From Oscillospiraceae bacterium (GTDB taxonomy: Bacteria > Bacillota > Clostridia > Oscillospirales > CAG-272), in NCBI GenBank assembly GCA_015064885.1, contig SVRJ01000006.1, forward strand, positions 3,990 through 67,989: a stretch of 64,000 nt of DNA, written 5' to 3'. A program made the position numbers and the translations under genes. How positions within the stretch are numbered: position 1 is the stretch's first letter; the number at the start of each line of letters is the position of its first letter. This document shows, piece by piece, positions 8,675 through 16,058 of the stretch. The notes below the pieces were generated by a model. The model saw only the letters and a list, made by a program, of their open reading frames with translations, was not told the DNA's origin and made no database searches.

Positions 8675-9660
8675 CAGCAGTTACCTCTTTCCTTAACTAT
8701 GCTCGGCTCCGCATCTTCCTGAGTAAACGTGAGGAGAGGGGGCTTGCTTTCGCTGTCTTCTCCCGATACGTACTCGCCGTAAAGCTCGTTGTAGTCTTTG
8801 ATAAACTTACGGTTGAGAAGCTGGAGAGGTATGTTCTGGGGACATACGCGTGAGCATTCTCCGCAGTCTGTACATCTTCCGGTAACGTGGAACGCACGGA
8901 TTATGTGGAACATATTCTCTTCGAAGGTATCGGTATTTGCCTTTGACGCTATTCCCGAATCGTCGTTATCGAATACGCACTTTATGCACGAGCAAGCGGG
9001 GCAAACGTTTCTGCACGCGTTACATCTGATACAACGTGAGAGCTGCTCTCTCCAGTATTCAAATCTCTCGTCAGCCGTCATTTCCTCGAGTCTTGCGACC
9101 TCGGAGAATCTGTCGGCACCGACCGTCTTTGTGTTTTCTTCATTGAGCACGATAGTCTCGTCCGCTATCTTGTGCTCCTTACCCTTACAGCAGAGGCATC
9201 TTTCAAGGAGGAGCTCGCCCTTCTCGAAGGTCTCGTCACCGTAAAGAGTCTTCACGGTGACGGTGTCACCGTTGTCTTCAAAGCCGACAAGACCTGTGAG
9301 GCCTTTGGCTCTTATCTTGTTCACGTCAAGGTTGCCTGCACACTCAACACCTACAACGTAAAGCTTTTCTCTGTCAACTCTGTGCTCACGGATAAGAGCG
9401 TTTATAGAGTACGTATCGCAGGGCTTTGCAAATACGAGGATCTTTCCCTCCTTTGCACACTCACGAATGAGATATTTTGCAAGGTTGGGGCCGCAGAAAT
9501 CATCGTATACGAGCTCCTCGAGCTCCTCTGCGCTTTCAAAAACTGCGGGAGTGCTTTCATAGAAGAACTCTCCCCTCTTCCAACCGAGAACACATCTTAC
9601 CTGTCCTTCTGCCAGAAGCTTTGCAGCCTTTTCCTTCATTACAGAAATTATTTCTTGCAT
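8674..9660 (-). CDS. Iron-sulfur protein of the AsrA / HydB / FlxC type (2x[4Fe-4S])
   Basis: 328 aa. Motifs CIRCNACRNVCPACSCIKC and CTDCGECSRVCP. Its start overlaps the mvhD-like stop by 13 nt. Confidence 0.7.
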   Translation of the reverse strand: MQEIISVMKEKAAKLLAEGQVRCVLGWKRGEFFYESTPAVFESAEELEELVYDDFCGPNLAKYLIRECAKEGKILVFAKPCDTYSINALIREHRVDREKLYVVGVECAGNLDVNKIRAKGLTGLVGFEDNGDTVTVKTLYGDETFEKGELLLERCLCCKGKEHKIADETIVLNEENTKTVGADRFSEVARLEEMTADERFEYWREQLSRCIRCNACRNVCPACSCIKCVFDNDDSGIASKANTDTFEENMFHIIRAFHVTGRCTDCGECSRVCPQNIPLQLLNRKFIKDYNELYGEYVSGEDSESKPPLLTFTQEDAEPSIVKERGNC

Positions 9661-10088
9661 CTGAGGTCCTCCAATCTCTTGTTCTCACCGAGTTCTGTTA
9701 TCTGTGCAACGAATTCGTTCATCGTTGCCGCAAATTTTGCGCCTTCGGCAGCAGAAATCCATTCAACTCTCGTTCTTTCTCTTTCTATTCCGAGATAATC
9801 GAGCATAGAGAAGAGGAGAGTCATTCTGCGGCGCGCATAGTAGTTACCTGTTGAATAGTGGCAGTCTCCGGGGTGGCATCCTGCGATGATAACTCCGTCT
9901 GCGCCCTTCTGGAAGGCACGGAGAATAAACATCGGGTTTACACGGCAGGAGCAGGGCACGCGGATTACCTTTACGTTTGCGGGATAGTTAAGTCTTCCCG
10001 TTCCGGCAAGGTCTGCGCCCGCATACGAGCACCAGTTACAGCAGAAAGCAACTATCTTAGGCTGAAAATTCTTTTCGTTTACTTGCAT
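9648..10088 (-). CDS. mvhD: MvhD/FlxD-like protein (methyl-viologen-reducing hydrogenase delta-subunit family)
   Basis: 146 aa. Hallmark motifs KIVAFCCNWCSYAGADLAG and AGCHPGDCHY. Its ATG overlaps the hdrA stop by 10 nt. Confidence 0.85.
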   Translation of the reverse strand: MQVNEKNFQPKIVAFCCNWCSYAGADLAGTGRLNYPANVKVIRVPCSCRVNPMFILRAFQKGADGVIIAGCHPGDCHYSTGNYYARRRMTLLFSMLDYLGIERERTRVEWISAAEGAKFAATMNEFVAQITELGENKRLEDLRCKK

Positions 10089-12064
10089 ATTGCATCTACC
10101 TCCGCCATGATCTGTTTATTAGAGAAGCCGTTGAGGTTCATTGCTCCGGAAGGACAAGCTACCGTACATGCTCCGCAACCGTGGCATACTGCAGGGTTGA
10201 CAGAGGCTACGCGGCGTGTTTCGATCTTTCCGGCGATCCTGAACTCTTTATTTGAATATGTGATAGCACCGTAGGGGCATACCTTTTCACAGCAGGAGCA
10301 TCCGTTACAGAGCATTTCATCGCTTATGGCAACGCACGGGTCTGTGGTAAGCTTATCCTTAGCGAGAAGTCCTATTACCTTAGCTGCTGCGGCACCTGCC
10401 TGAGCAACCGTTTCGGGGATATCTCTCGGTCCCTGGCAGGTACCCGAAAGGAATACGCCTGCCGTCGGGCTTTCTACCGGACGGAGCTTTGCGTGTGCTT
10501 CCGTGAAGAAATCGTTCGTATCCATGCTTGCGGTGAGCTTTGTAGCGAGGGCTCTTGCTCCGTCGCTCGGCTCAATAGCTGTAGCGAGAACTACCATATC
10601 TGCCGCAACACAGATCTTTTCATCATTGATAAGGTCGCTTGCGTCAACGAGAAGCTTGCCGTCGACGTCATGGATCTTACCTACCATACCCTTGATATAA
10701 TGTACTCCGTATTCTTCAACAGCTCTGCGCTGGAATTCGTCAAAGCCCTTACCGGGAGTACGAACGTCTATGTAGAATACGTAAACGTCTGTATCGGGAT
10801 ATTTTTCTCTTGTAAGCATTGCGTGCTTTGCCGTGTACATACAGCATATCTTCGAGCAGTACGGCTTTCCGCAGCCGGAAGTGTCTCTCGAGCCTACGCA
10901 CTGAATGAATACTACAGTATGAGGATGGGCGTTATCCGAGGGGCGGAGAAGCTTTCCGCCTGTAGGACCTGCCGCATTTGTTATTCTTTCGAATTCAAGG
11001 CTGGTGATAACGTCGGGGCAGCGAGAGTAAGCATACTCGTCAAAGTTTTCAAGAGATATCGGCTTGAAGCCTGTAGCCACGACGATAGCGCCGTACTGTC
11101 TTGTCTCTATGCTGTCCTTCTGCGCAAAGTCTATAGCCTTTACTCCGCAGACCTTTTCGCAAAGTCCGCATTTGCCCGTCTTGAGCTTTATACACTGTGT
11201 CTCATCGATAACGGGAACCTTCGGAATAGCCTGAGCGAAGGGGATATATATCGCGCCTCTCTTCTTGAGTCCCATATTGAACTCGTCAGAGCCCTTTCTC
11301 GAGGGGCATTTTTCGGTACAGAGTCCGCATCCGGTACAGAGGTCCTCTCTGACGTGTCTTGCCTTTCTGCGGATATCGACCGTAAAGTTACCTACGAAGC
11401 CTTTTACGTTCTCTACCTCGCTGTAGGTCATAATATTTATCTTCTCGTGCTGAGCCGCATCGACCATCTTAGGTGTGAGGATACACGCCGAGCAGTCGAG
11501 GGTCGGGAAGGTCTTATCTATCTGAGCCATACGGCCGCCGATGGTGGGAGTTTTTTCAACGATATCCACCTCGTATCCGGCATCCGCTATATCGAGAGCG
11601 GTCTGTATACCTGCGATACCGCCGCCTATAACGAGCGCGCGCTTTACTACCGGGCTTTCTCCGGGATAGAGAGGAGCGTTGAGATTTACCTTAGCTATTG
11701 CGGCACGTCCGAGGATGATAGCCTTGAGAGTTGCGTCGCCCATGTCCTTATGTATCCAGGAGCACTGCTCTCTTATATTTGCGATCTCTACCATGTACGG
11801 GTTAATTCCCGCAACGGCTGCCGCCTTTCTGAACGTCGCCTCGTGCATACGGGGAGAACAGGAACATACGACTACTCCGTCGAGCTTATGTTCCTTTACC
11901 GAATTGACTATAAGCTGCTGTCCGCTTTCCGAGCACATATACTGATAGTTGTAGGAGCATACTACACCCGGCTCGTGGCTGAGCGCCTGCGCTACCTTTT
12001 CAACGTCTACAGTACCTGCTATGTTCGTTCCGCACCAGCAGACGAAAACACCTATTCTCTGCAT
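10079..12064 (-). CDS. hdrA: Heterodisulfide reductase subunit A-like flavoprotein (HdrA)
   Basis: 661 aa. N-terminal Cys domain (VFVCWCGTNIAG). FAD fold ALVIGGGIAGIQTALDIADAGYEVDIVEK...TLDCSACILTPKM. Several CxxCxxCxxxCP ferredoxin motifs. AAGGAG RBS. Confidence 0.9.
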   Translation of the reverse strand: MQRIGVFVCWCGTNIAGTVDVEKVAQALSHEPGVVCSYNYQYMCSESGQQLIVNSVKEHKLDGVVVCSCSPRMHEATFRKAAAVAGINPYMVEIANIREQCSWIHKDMGDATLKAIILGRAAIAKVNLNAPLYPGESPVVKRALVIGGGIAGIQTALDIADAGYEVDIVEKTPTIGGRMAQIDKTFPTLDCSACILTPKMVDAAQHEKINIMTYSEVENVKGFVGNFTVDIRRKARHVREDLCTGCGLCTEKCPSRKGSDEFNMGLKKRGAIYIPFAQAIPKVPVIDETQCIKLKTGKCGLCEKVCGVKAIDFAQKDSIETRQYGAIVVATGFKPISLENFDEYAYSRCPDVITSLEFERITNAAGPTGGKLLRPSDNAHPHTVVFIQCVGSRDTSGCGKPYCSKICCMYTAKHAMLTREKYPDTDVYVFYIDVRTPGKGFDEFQRRAVEEYGVHYIKGMVGKIHDVDGKLLVDASDLINDEKICVAADMVVLATAIEPSDGARALATKLTASMDTNDFFTEAHAKLRPVESPTAGVFLSGTCQGPRDIPETVAQAGAAAAKVIGLLAKDKLTTDPCVAISDEMLCNGCSCCEKVCPYGAITYSNKEFRIAGKIETRRVASVNPAVCHGCGACTVACPSGAMNLNGFSNKQIMAEVDAICK

Positions 12065-12075
12065 AGCTTCTCTCC

Positions 12076-12471
12076 TTACTTATTGTACTTTCTCATTGCC
12101 GACATGAGTGCCTGTCCGGGTATCTCATCGTCAAGCTTTGACGGTATCTCATCCTGCTTCATATAGGAAGCTCCCTGCTGTCTGAGATATACCGCTCTTG
12201 CCGCCTCCGCTATCTTTGCGGGCTTTACGTCTCTCGGGCAACGCTCGAGACATGCAAAGCAGGACATACACTTGTATATTCCCTTGGAGGTTGCAAGCTC
12301 CTCTACTCTTTCGTCGAGGACCATCTGCGCGAACTTGTGGGGATGTATCTCCATTTCATCGAATGCGGGGCATGCCGCGGAGCATTTACCGCACTTCATG
12401 CATTTTTCGGGATGAGCTCCGCTTATTCTCAAAACGAGCTTCTTCAGTTCTGTTTTATTACTGCTGTGCAT
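12076..12471 (-). CDS. hdrC: Heterodisulfide reductase subunit C-like protein (2x[4Fe-4S])
   Basis: Motifs CMKCGKCSAACP and CMSCFACLERCP. I moved the start to ATG 12471 (MHSSNK...), which has an AAGGAGGAG RBS. The longer track ORF (to 12501) would overlap hdrB. Confidence 0.85.
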   Translation of the reverse strand: MHSSNKTELKKLVLRISGAHPEKCMKCGKCSAACPAFDEMEIHPHKFAQMVLDERVEELATSKGIYKCMSCFACLERCPRDVKPAKIAEAARAVYLRQQGASYMKQDEIPSKLDDEIPGQALMSAMRKYNK

Positions 12472-12481
12472 ACGCTCCTCC

Positions 12482-13291
12482 TTACTTCGCCTCAGAAACA
12501 CCGAGTGCTTCTGCGATGAGTTCTGTTATATAGTATGTTGGAAGCTTTGCTTTATCTCCGCCGTGTACAAGATTGTACATACAGAGCGGGCAGGCTGTTA
12601 TGAGAGAATCCGCGCCCTTATCCGCAGCGCTTTCTCTTACCGCGTCGGCACGCTTTGCCGCATAGCCTCTGTCATCGAGCACGGTGTAGCCTCCGCAGCA
12701 TTCGTTTCTCATCGAATATACCACGGGATCTGCACCGAGTGCCTTAACAAGGTCTTCCATAATTTTCGGATTTTCAGGGTTGTCGAAGTTCATTTCCTTC
12801 GAGGGACGGAGGAGCATACATCCGTAATAGGGTGCTACCTTTCTTCCCTTAAGAGGATTTACGACGTTTGCCTTGAGTGTATCAAAGCCTACCTTGTCTC
12901 TGAGAAGCTCAAGGTAGTGAATGACCTCGGTCTCTCCGTTATAGGGAACCTCAAGTCCGAGATAGCTGTTTACTCGTTCTCTTATGTACGCATTGTTCTT
13001 CATATCCTCGTTAACAAGCTTGATAACGTGGTGGCAAGCAGAACACAGCGTAACGAGCGGACGGCCTGCGTCTCTTGCGGAAACGAGTGCGCGGATCGCG
13101 GGAAGTCTGGGGGCTATTTCATCCTCGTTCATCGGATAGACAGCTCCGCAGCACTGCCATTCGGGGATCTCCTCGAGAGTAATGCCAAGCTTTTCGCAAG
13201 AGAGTCTTGCGTATTTGTCAAGATCCTTCGCTTTGTTCTTGAGAGTACAGCCGGGATAGTAACTGTATATCATAGTTTTCTTTATACCCAC
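12482..13291 (-). CDS. hdrB: Heterodisulfide reductase subunit B-like protein (two CCG domains)
   Basis: 269 aa with two complete CCG signatures: YPGC...CCGAVYP...CSAC and YYGC...CCGGYTV...CPLC. The start is ambiguous. GTG 13291 has a GGAGGG ~13 nt upstream, and ATG 13273 is the alternative. Confidence 0.85.
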   Translation of the reverse strand: MGIKKTMIYSYYPGCTLKNKAKDLDKYARLSCEKLGITLEEIPEWQCCGAVYPMNEDEIAPRLPAIRALVSARDAGRPLVTLCSACHHVIKLVNEDMKNNAYIRERVNSYLGLEVPYNGETEVIHYLELLRDKVGFDTLKANVVNPLKGRKVAPYYGCMLLRPSKEMNFDNPENPKIMEDLVKALGADPVVYSMRNECCGGYTVLDDRGYAAKRADAVRESAADKGADSLITACPLCMYNLVHGGDKAKLPTYYITELIAEALGVSEAK

Positions 13292-13409
13292 TGTGGGTAT
13301 ATTTCCCTCCGGTTAGTTTATTTTTTTGATATTTTCACGGGCAAATTAACCCGAGCAGGCGGTGAGAGCATAAAACCCCCACCGCCGCGGTGTACCGGTA
13401 GCAAATAGA

Positions 13410-14801
13410 TCAGACCATCTGCTCCGGATGGAATACTTCGTCAAATTTCTCTGCTGTAAGGAATCCGAGCTCTACGCAAGCTTCCTTAAGCGAGCAATTG
13501 TCCTTGAATGCCTTCTTAACTGTCTTTGCGGCGTTCTCATAACCGATGTAGGGGTTAAGAGCTGTAACAAGCATAAGAGAGTTGTGGAGGTTGTTGTGCA
13601 TCTTTGCTCTGTCTGCAACGATACCTACAGCACACTTGTTGTTGAAGGATACGATAGACTCTGCAAGGAGACGTGCGGACTGAAGGAAATTGTAGATACA
13701 AACGGGCATGAATACGTTAAGCTCGAAGTTACCCTGCGAAGCTGCCATACCTACTGCTACGTCGTTACCCATTACCTGTACTGCAACCATTGTTGCCTGC
13801 TCGCACTGTGTGGGGTTTACCTTACCGGGCATGATAGAAGAACCGGGCTCATTCTCGGGGATCTTGATCTCACCGAGACCTACGCGGGGACCTGAAGCGA
13901 GCCATCTTACGTCGTTTGCGATCTTCATCATATCAGCTGCGAGAGCCTTGAGTGCTCCGTGAGCAAATACGAGCTCGTCCTTGGAGGTAAGAGCGTGGAA
14001 CTTGTTCTCTGCCGTTACAAAATGCTTACCTGTGATCTCGGAAATAGCCTCTGCTACCTTAACGTCAAAGCCCTTGGGGCAGTTAAGACCTGTACCGACT
14101 GCCGTTCCGCCGAGTGCGAGCTCGGAGAGGTAAGGAAGAGCGGACTCAAGCATTGCTCTGTCTCTTTCAAGAGAGGTTCTCCAGCCGGAGATCTCCTGGG
14201 AGAACTTGATAGGTGTTGCGTCCTGAAGGTGTGTTCTTCCGCTCTTTACTATGTCGTCGTTTTCAGCTTCAAGTCTCTTGAAGGTGTCAACGAGAAGGTC
14301 GATAGCGGGGAAGACCTTATCCTCGATAGCTATCTTTGCCGCTATGTGCATAGCTGCGGGGAACGTATCGTTAGAGCTCTGGCTCATATTGATATCATCA
14401 TTGGGGTGAAGAGGCTTTTCAAGAGAAGCGCCTGCTATCTCTGTTCCTCTGTTGGCGATAACCTCGTTAGCGTTCATGTTGGACTGTGTGCCCGAGCCTG
14501 TCTGCCAAACGACGAGCGGGAAATGGTCGTTGAGCTTGCCGCTGATGACCTCATCGCATGCCGCAGATATAGCCGCGAGCTTTGCGTCTGTCATCTTTTC
14601 GGGCTTAAGGCTGTTGTTTGCGATAGCGCAAGCCTTCTTAAGAACACCGAAAGCGTGTGTTATTTCTCTGGGCATAGTCTCGATGCCTACGCCTATAAGA
14701 AAGTTTTCATGGCTTCTCTCTGTCTGAGCTGCCCAATATTTGTCGGCGGGTACTTTAACCTCGCCCATAGAGTCTTTTTCGATACGATACTCCTGTGCCA
14801 T
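13410..14801 (-). CDS. fumC: Class II fumarate hydratase
   Basis: 463 aa. Lyase-1 family signature [16 protein letters not shown]-terminal [35 protein letters not shown]. Confidence 0.95.
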   Translation of the reverse strand: MAQEYRIEKDSMGEVKVPADKYWAAQTERSHENFLIGVGIETMPREITHAFGVLKKACAIANNSLKPEKMTDAKLAAISAACDEVISGKLNDHFPLVVWQTGSGTQSNMNANEVIANRGTEIAGASLEKPLHPNDDINMSQSSNDTFPAAMHIAAKIAIEDKVFPAIDLLVDTFKRLEAENDDIVKSGRTHLQDATPIKFSQEISGWRTSLERDRAMLESALPYLSELALGGTAVGTGLNCPKGFDVKVAEAISEITGKHFVTAENKFHALTSKDELVFAHGALKALAADMMKIANDVRWLASGPRVGLGEIKIPENEPGSSIMPGKVNPTQCEQATMVAVQVMGNDVAVGMAASQGNFELNVFMPVCIYNFLQSARLLAESIVSFNNKCAVGIVADRAKMHNNLHNSLMLVTALNPYIGYENAAKTVKKAFKDNCSLKEACVELGFLTAEKFDEVFHPEQMV

Positions 14802-14862
14802 AATTAGAAATCCTCCAAAAAATAATGTTGTATCGGGTAGTGCCCGTAATTCTACAAATATA

Positions 14863-14891
14863 ATTATATCATAAACAAAAGAAAAAGTAAA
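14863..14891 (-). promoter_or_regulatory. Sigma-A-type promoter for fumC and probably the whole hdr/flx/frd cluster
   Basis: The reverse strand reads TTTACT, a 17-nt spacer, then TATAAT with an extended -10 TG (tatgaTATAAT). It lies ~60 nt upstream of the fumC ATG. Confidence 0.6.
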
Positions 14892-15005
14892 TAGCTTTTG
14901 ATAAAGTTTTAAGATTTTTTTACACCTTAAGAGGTACTATTTTCATACACCGCCTCTCTTTGCTTTGATCTCAGAGAAAAATATCTTATTTTTGATACTT
15001 TTGTC

Positions 15006-15034
15006 TTGACAAGAGAGGCGTTTTGTGGTATAAT
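15006..15034 (+). promoter_or_regulatory. Sigma-A-type promoter preceding the TPP riboswitch
   Basis: TTGACA (15006-15011), 17-nt spacer, tgtggTATAAT (15029-15034). Confidence 0.7.
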
Positions 15035-15057
15035 AAAGCGAAGAATAAAATATCGCA

Positions 15058-15146
15058 CATATTCGGGGGTGCTTTTGTAGCTGAGACGGTGCTTCGCGCC
15101 GAACCCTTTGACCTGATACGGATAATGCCGTCGTAGGGAGAAGTCG
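15058..15146 (+). promoter_or_regulatory. TPP (THI-box) riboswitch aptamer
   Basis: Contains the conserved GGGGUGC ... CUGAGA ... ACCCUUUGACCUGAUACGGAUAAUGCCGUCGUAGGGA, which matches the thiM/thiC-type THI element almost position for position. It lies upstream of a thiamine transporter gene. Confidence 0.9.
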
Positions 15147-15168
15147 CAGAATTATTTTCTGCCGTTTT

Positions 15169-15198
15169 ACCGCACGGATACCGTGCGGTATTTTGTTT
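15169..15198 (+). terminator. Riboswitch expression-platform terminator
   Basis: accgcacgg-ata-ccgtgcggt followed by attttgttt. It lies between the aptamer and the thiT RBS (GGAGGAAAAAACAAA-ATG). Confidence 0.75.
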
Positions 15199-15233
15199 AT
15201 CTTCAAGTATAACAAAGCGGAGGAAAAAACAAA

Positions 15234-15830
15234 ATGAAAACGGTAAACACAAAAACAAAGCAGGCTCTCGTTTCGCTTTGTGTCAGCGCGATAATGCTTG
15301 CGCTTGCCACAGTGCTCAGCCTTCTGAAGATCTGGTCATTTCCCTGGGGAGGCTCTATCACCCTCGCGTCCATGGTACCCATAATCTTTATATCGATAGC
15401 CTACGGTCCGGTGCAAGGGCTTCTCACGGCATTCCTTTATTCGTGGATACAGTTCTTTCTCGACCTCGGAAGCATCATGAGCTGGGGACTTACAAAAGAG
15501 ATGTTCATATGGACGGCCCTTCTCGACTATATACTTCCCTTCACTCTCATAGGAATTGCGGGAATATTCGCAAAAAAGGGCTTTGCGGGAAGAATGACCG
15601 GAGTATGCATTGCGGTCACGCTGAGATATGCGTCTCACGTTCTTTCGGGTACTCTTCTCTGGCATTCGGCGGGAAAGATATGGGAGGGGCTCGTTATTGA
15701 AAACGAGTGGCTCTACAGCATAGTTTACAATGCGTGCTATATGCTCCCCGAGCTTATTATCACCGCGGCGATCACCGCTATTCTCCTTAAGAACAAGAGC
15801 TTTCTCAGACTCATTCCAAGCAGAGTCTGA
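15234..15830 (+). CDS. thiT: Thiamine ECF-transporter S component (ThiT/YuaJ family)
   Basis: 198 aa with ~6 TM helices. Contains the WGGSITLASMVPI motif. Sits directly under a TPP riboswitch. Confidence 0.8.
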   Translation: MKTVNTKTKQALVSLCVSAIMLALATVLSLLKIWSFPWGGSITLASMVPIIFISIAYGPVQGLLTAFLYSWIQFFLDLGSIMSWGLTKEMFIWTALLDYILPFTLIGIAGIFAKKGFAGRMTGVCIAVTLRYASHVLSGTLLWHSAGKIWEGLVIENEWLYSIVYNACYMLPELIITAAITAILLKNKSFLRLIPSRV

Positions 15831-15845
15831 AAAAAGAAAAGCAAA

Positions 15846-15888
15846 GCAGACCGTATCTGTCAGGTCGGATACGGTCTGCTTTTTTATT
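15846..15888 (+). terminator. Intrinsic terminator of thiT
   Basis: gcagaccgtatc ... gatacggtctgc (12-bp perfect stem) followed by ttttttatt. Confidence 0.85.
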
Positions 15889-15967
15889 TATTCTTTTACG
15901 AATCATGTTAACTCGGGAGCGAAAAATGAATCTGAAATAATTTCATAAAATATTGAGTGATTTTTCA

Positions 15968-15996
15968 TTGACTTGAATATGATTATGTGGTATAAT
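15968..15996 (+). promoter_or_regulatory. Sigma-A-type promoter
   Basis: TTGACT, 17-nt spacer, tgtggTATAAT. Confidence 0.65.
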
Positions 15997-16058
15997 ATAA
16001 AATACCTTATTCTATTTATATTTCGACCTTTGTCGAGGAAAGGACGGTTTCCGTTTCT

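Noticed and set aside
10493-12166. A 557-aa + strand ORF and shorter ORFs at 10503-10700 and 11679-11945
   Set aside because: They are entirely antisense to hdrA, whose protein has unmistakable motifs. The antisense product is Cys/Arg/Ser/Tyr-rich with no RBS or recognisable domain. This is a shadow ORF.
14943-15258. Two 90-aa minus-strand ORFs
   Set aside because: They overlap the thiT promoter, the TPP riboswitch and its terminator. They have no RBS.
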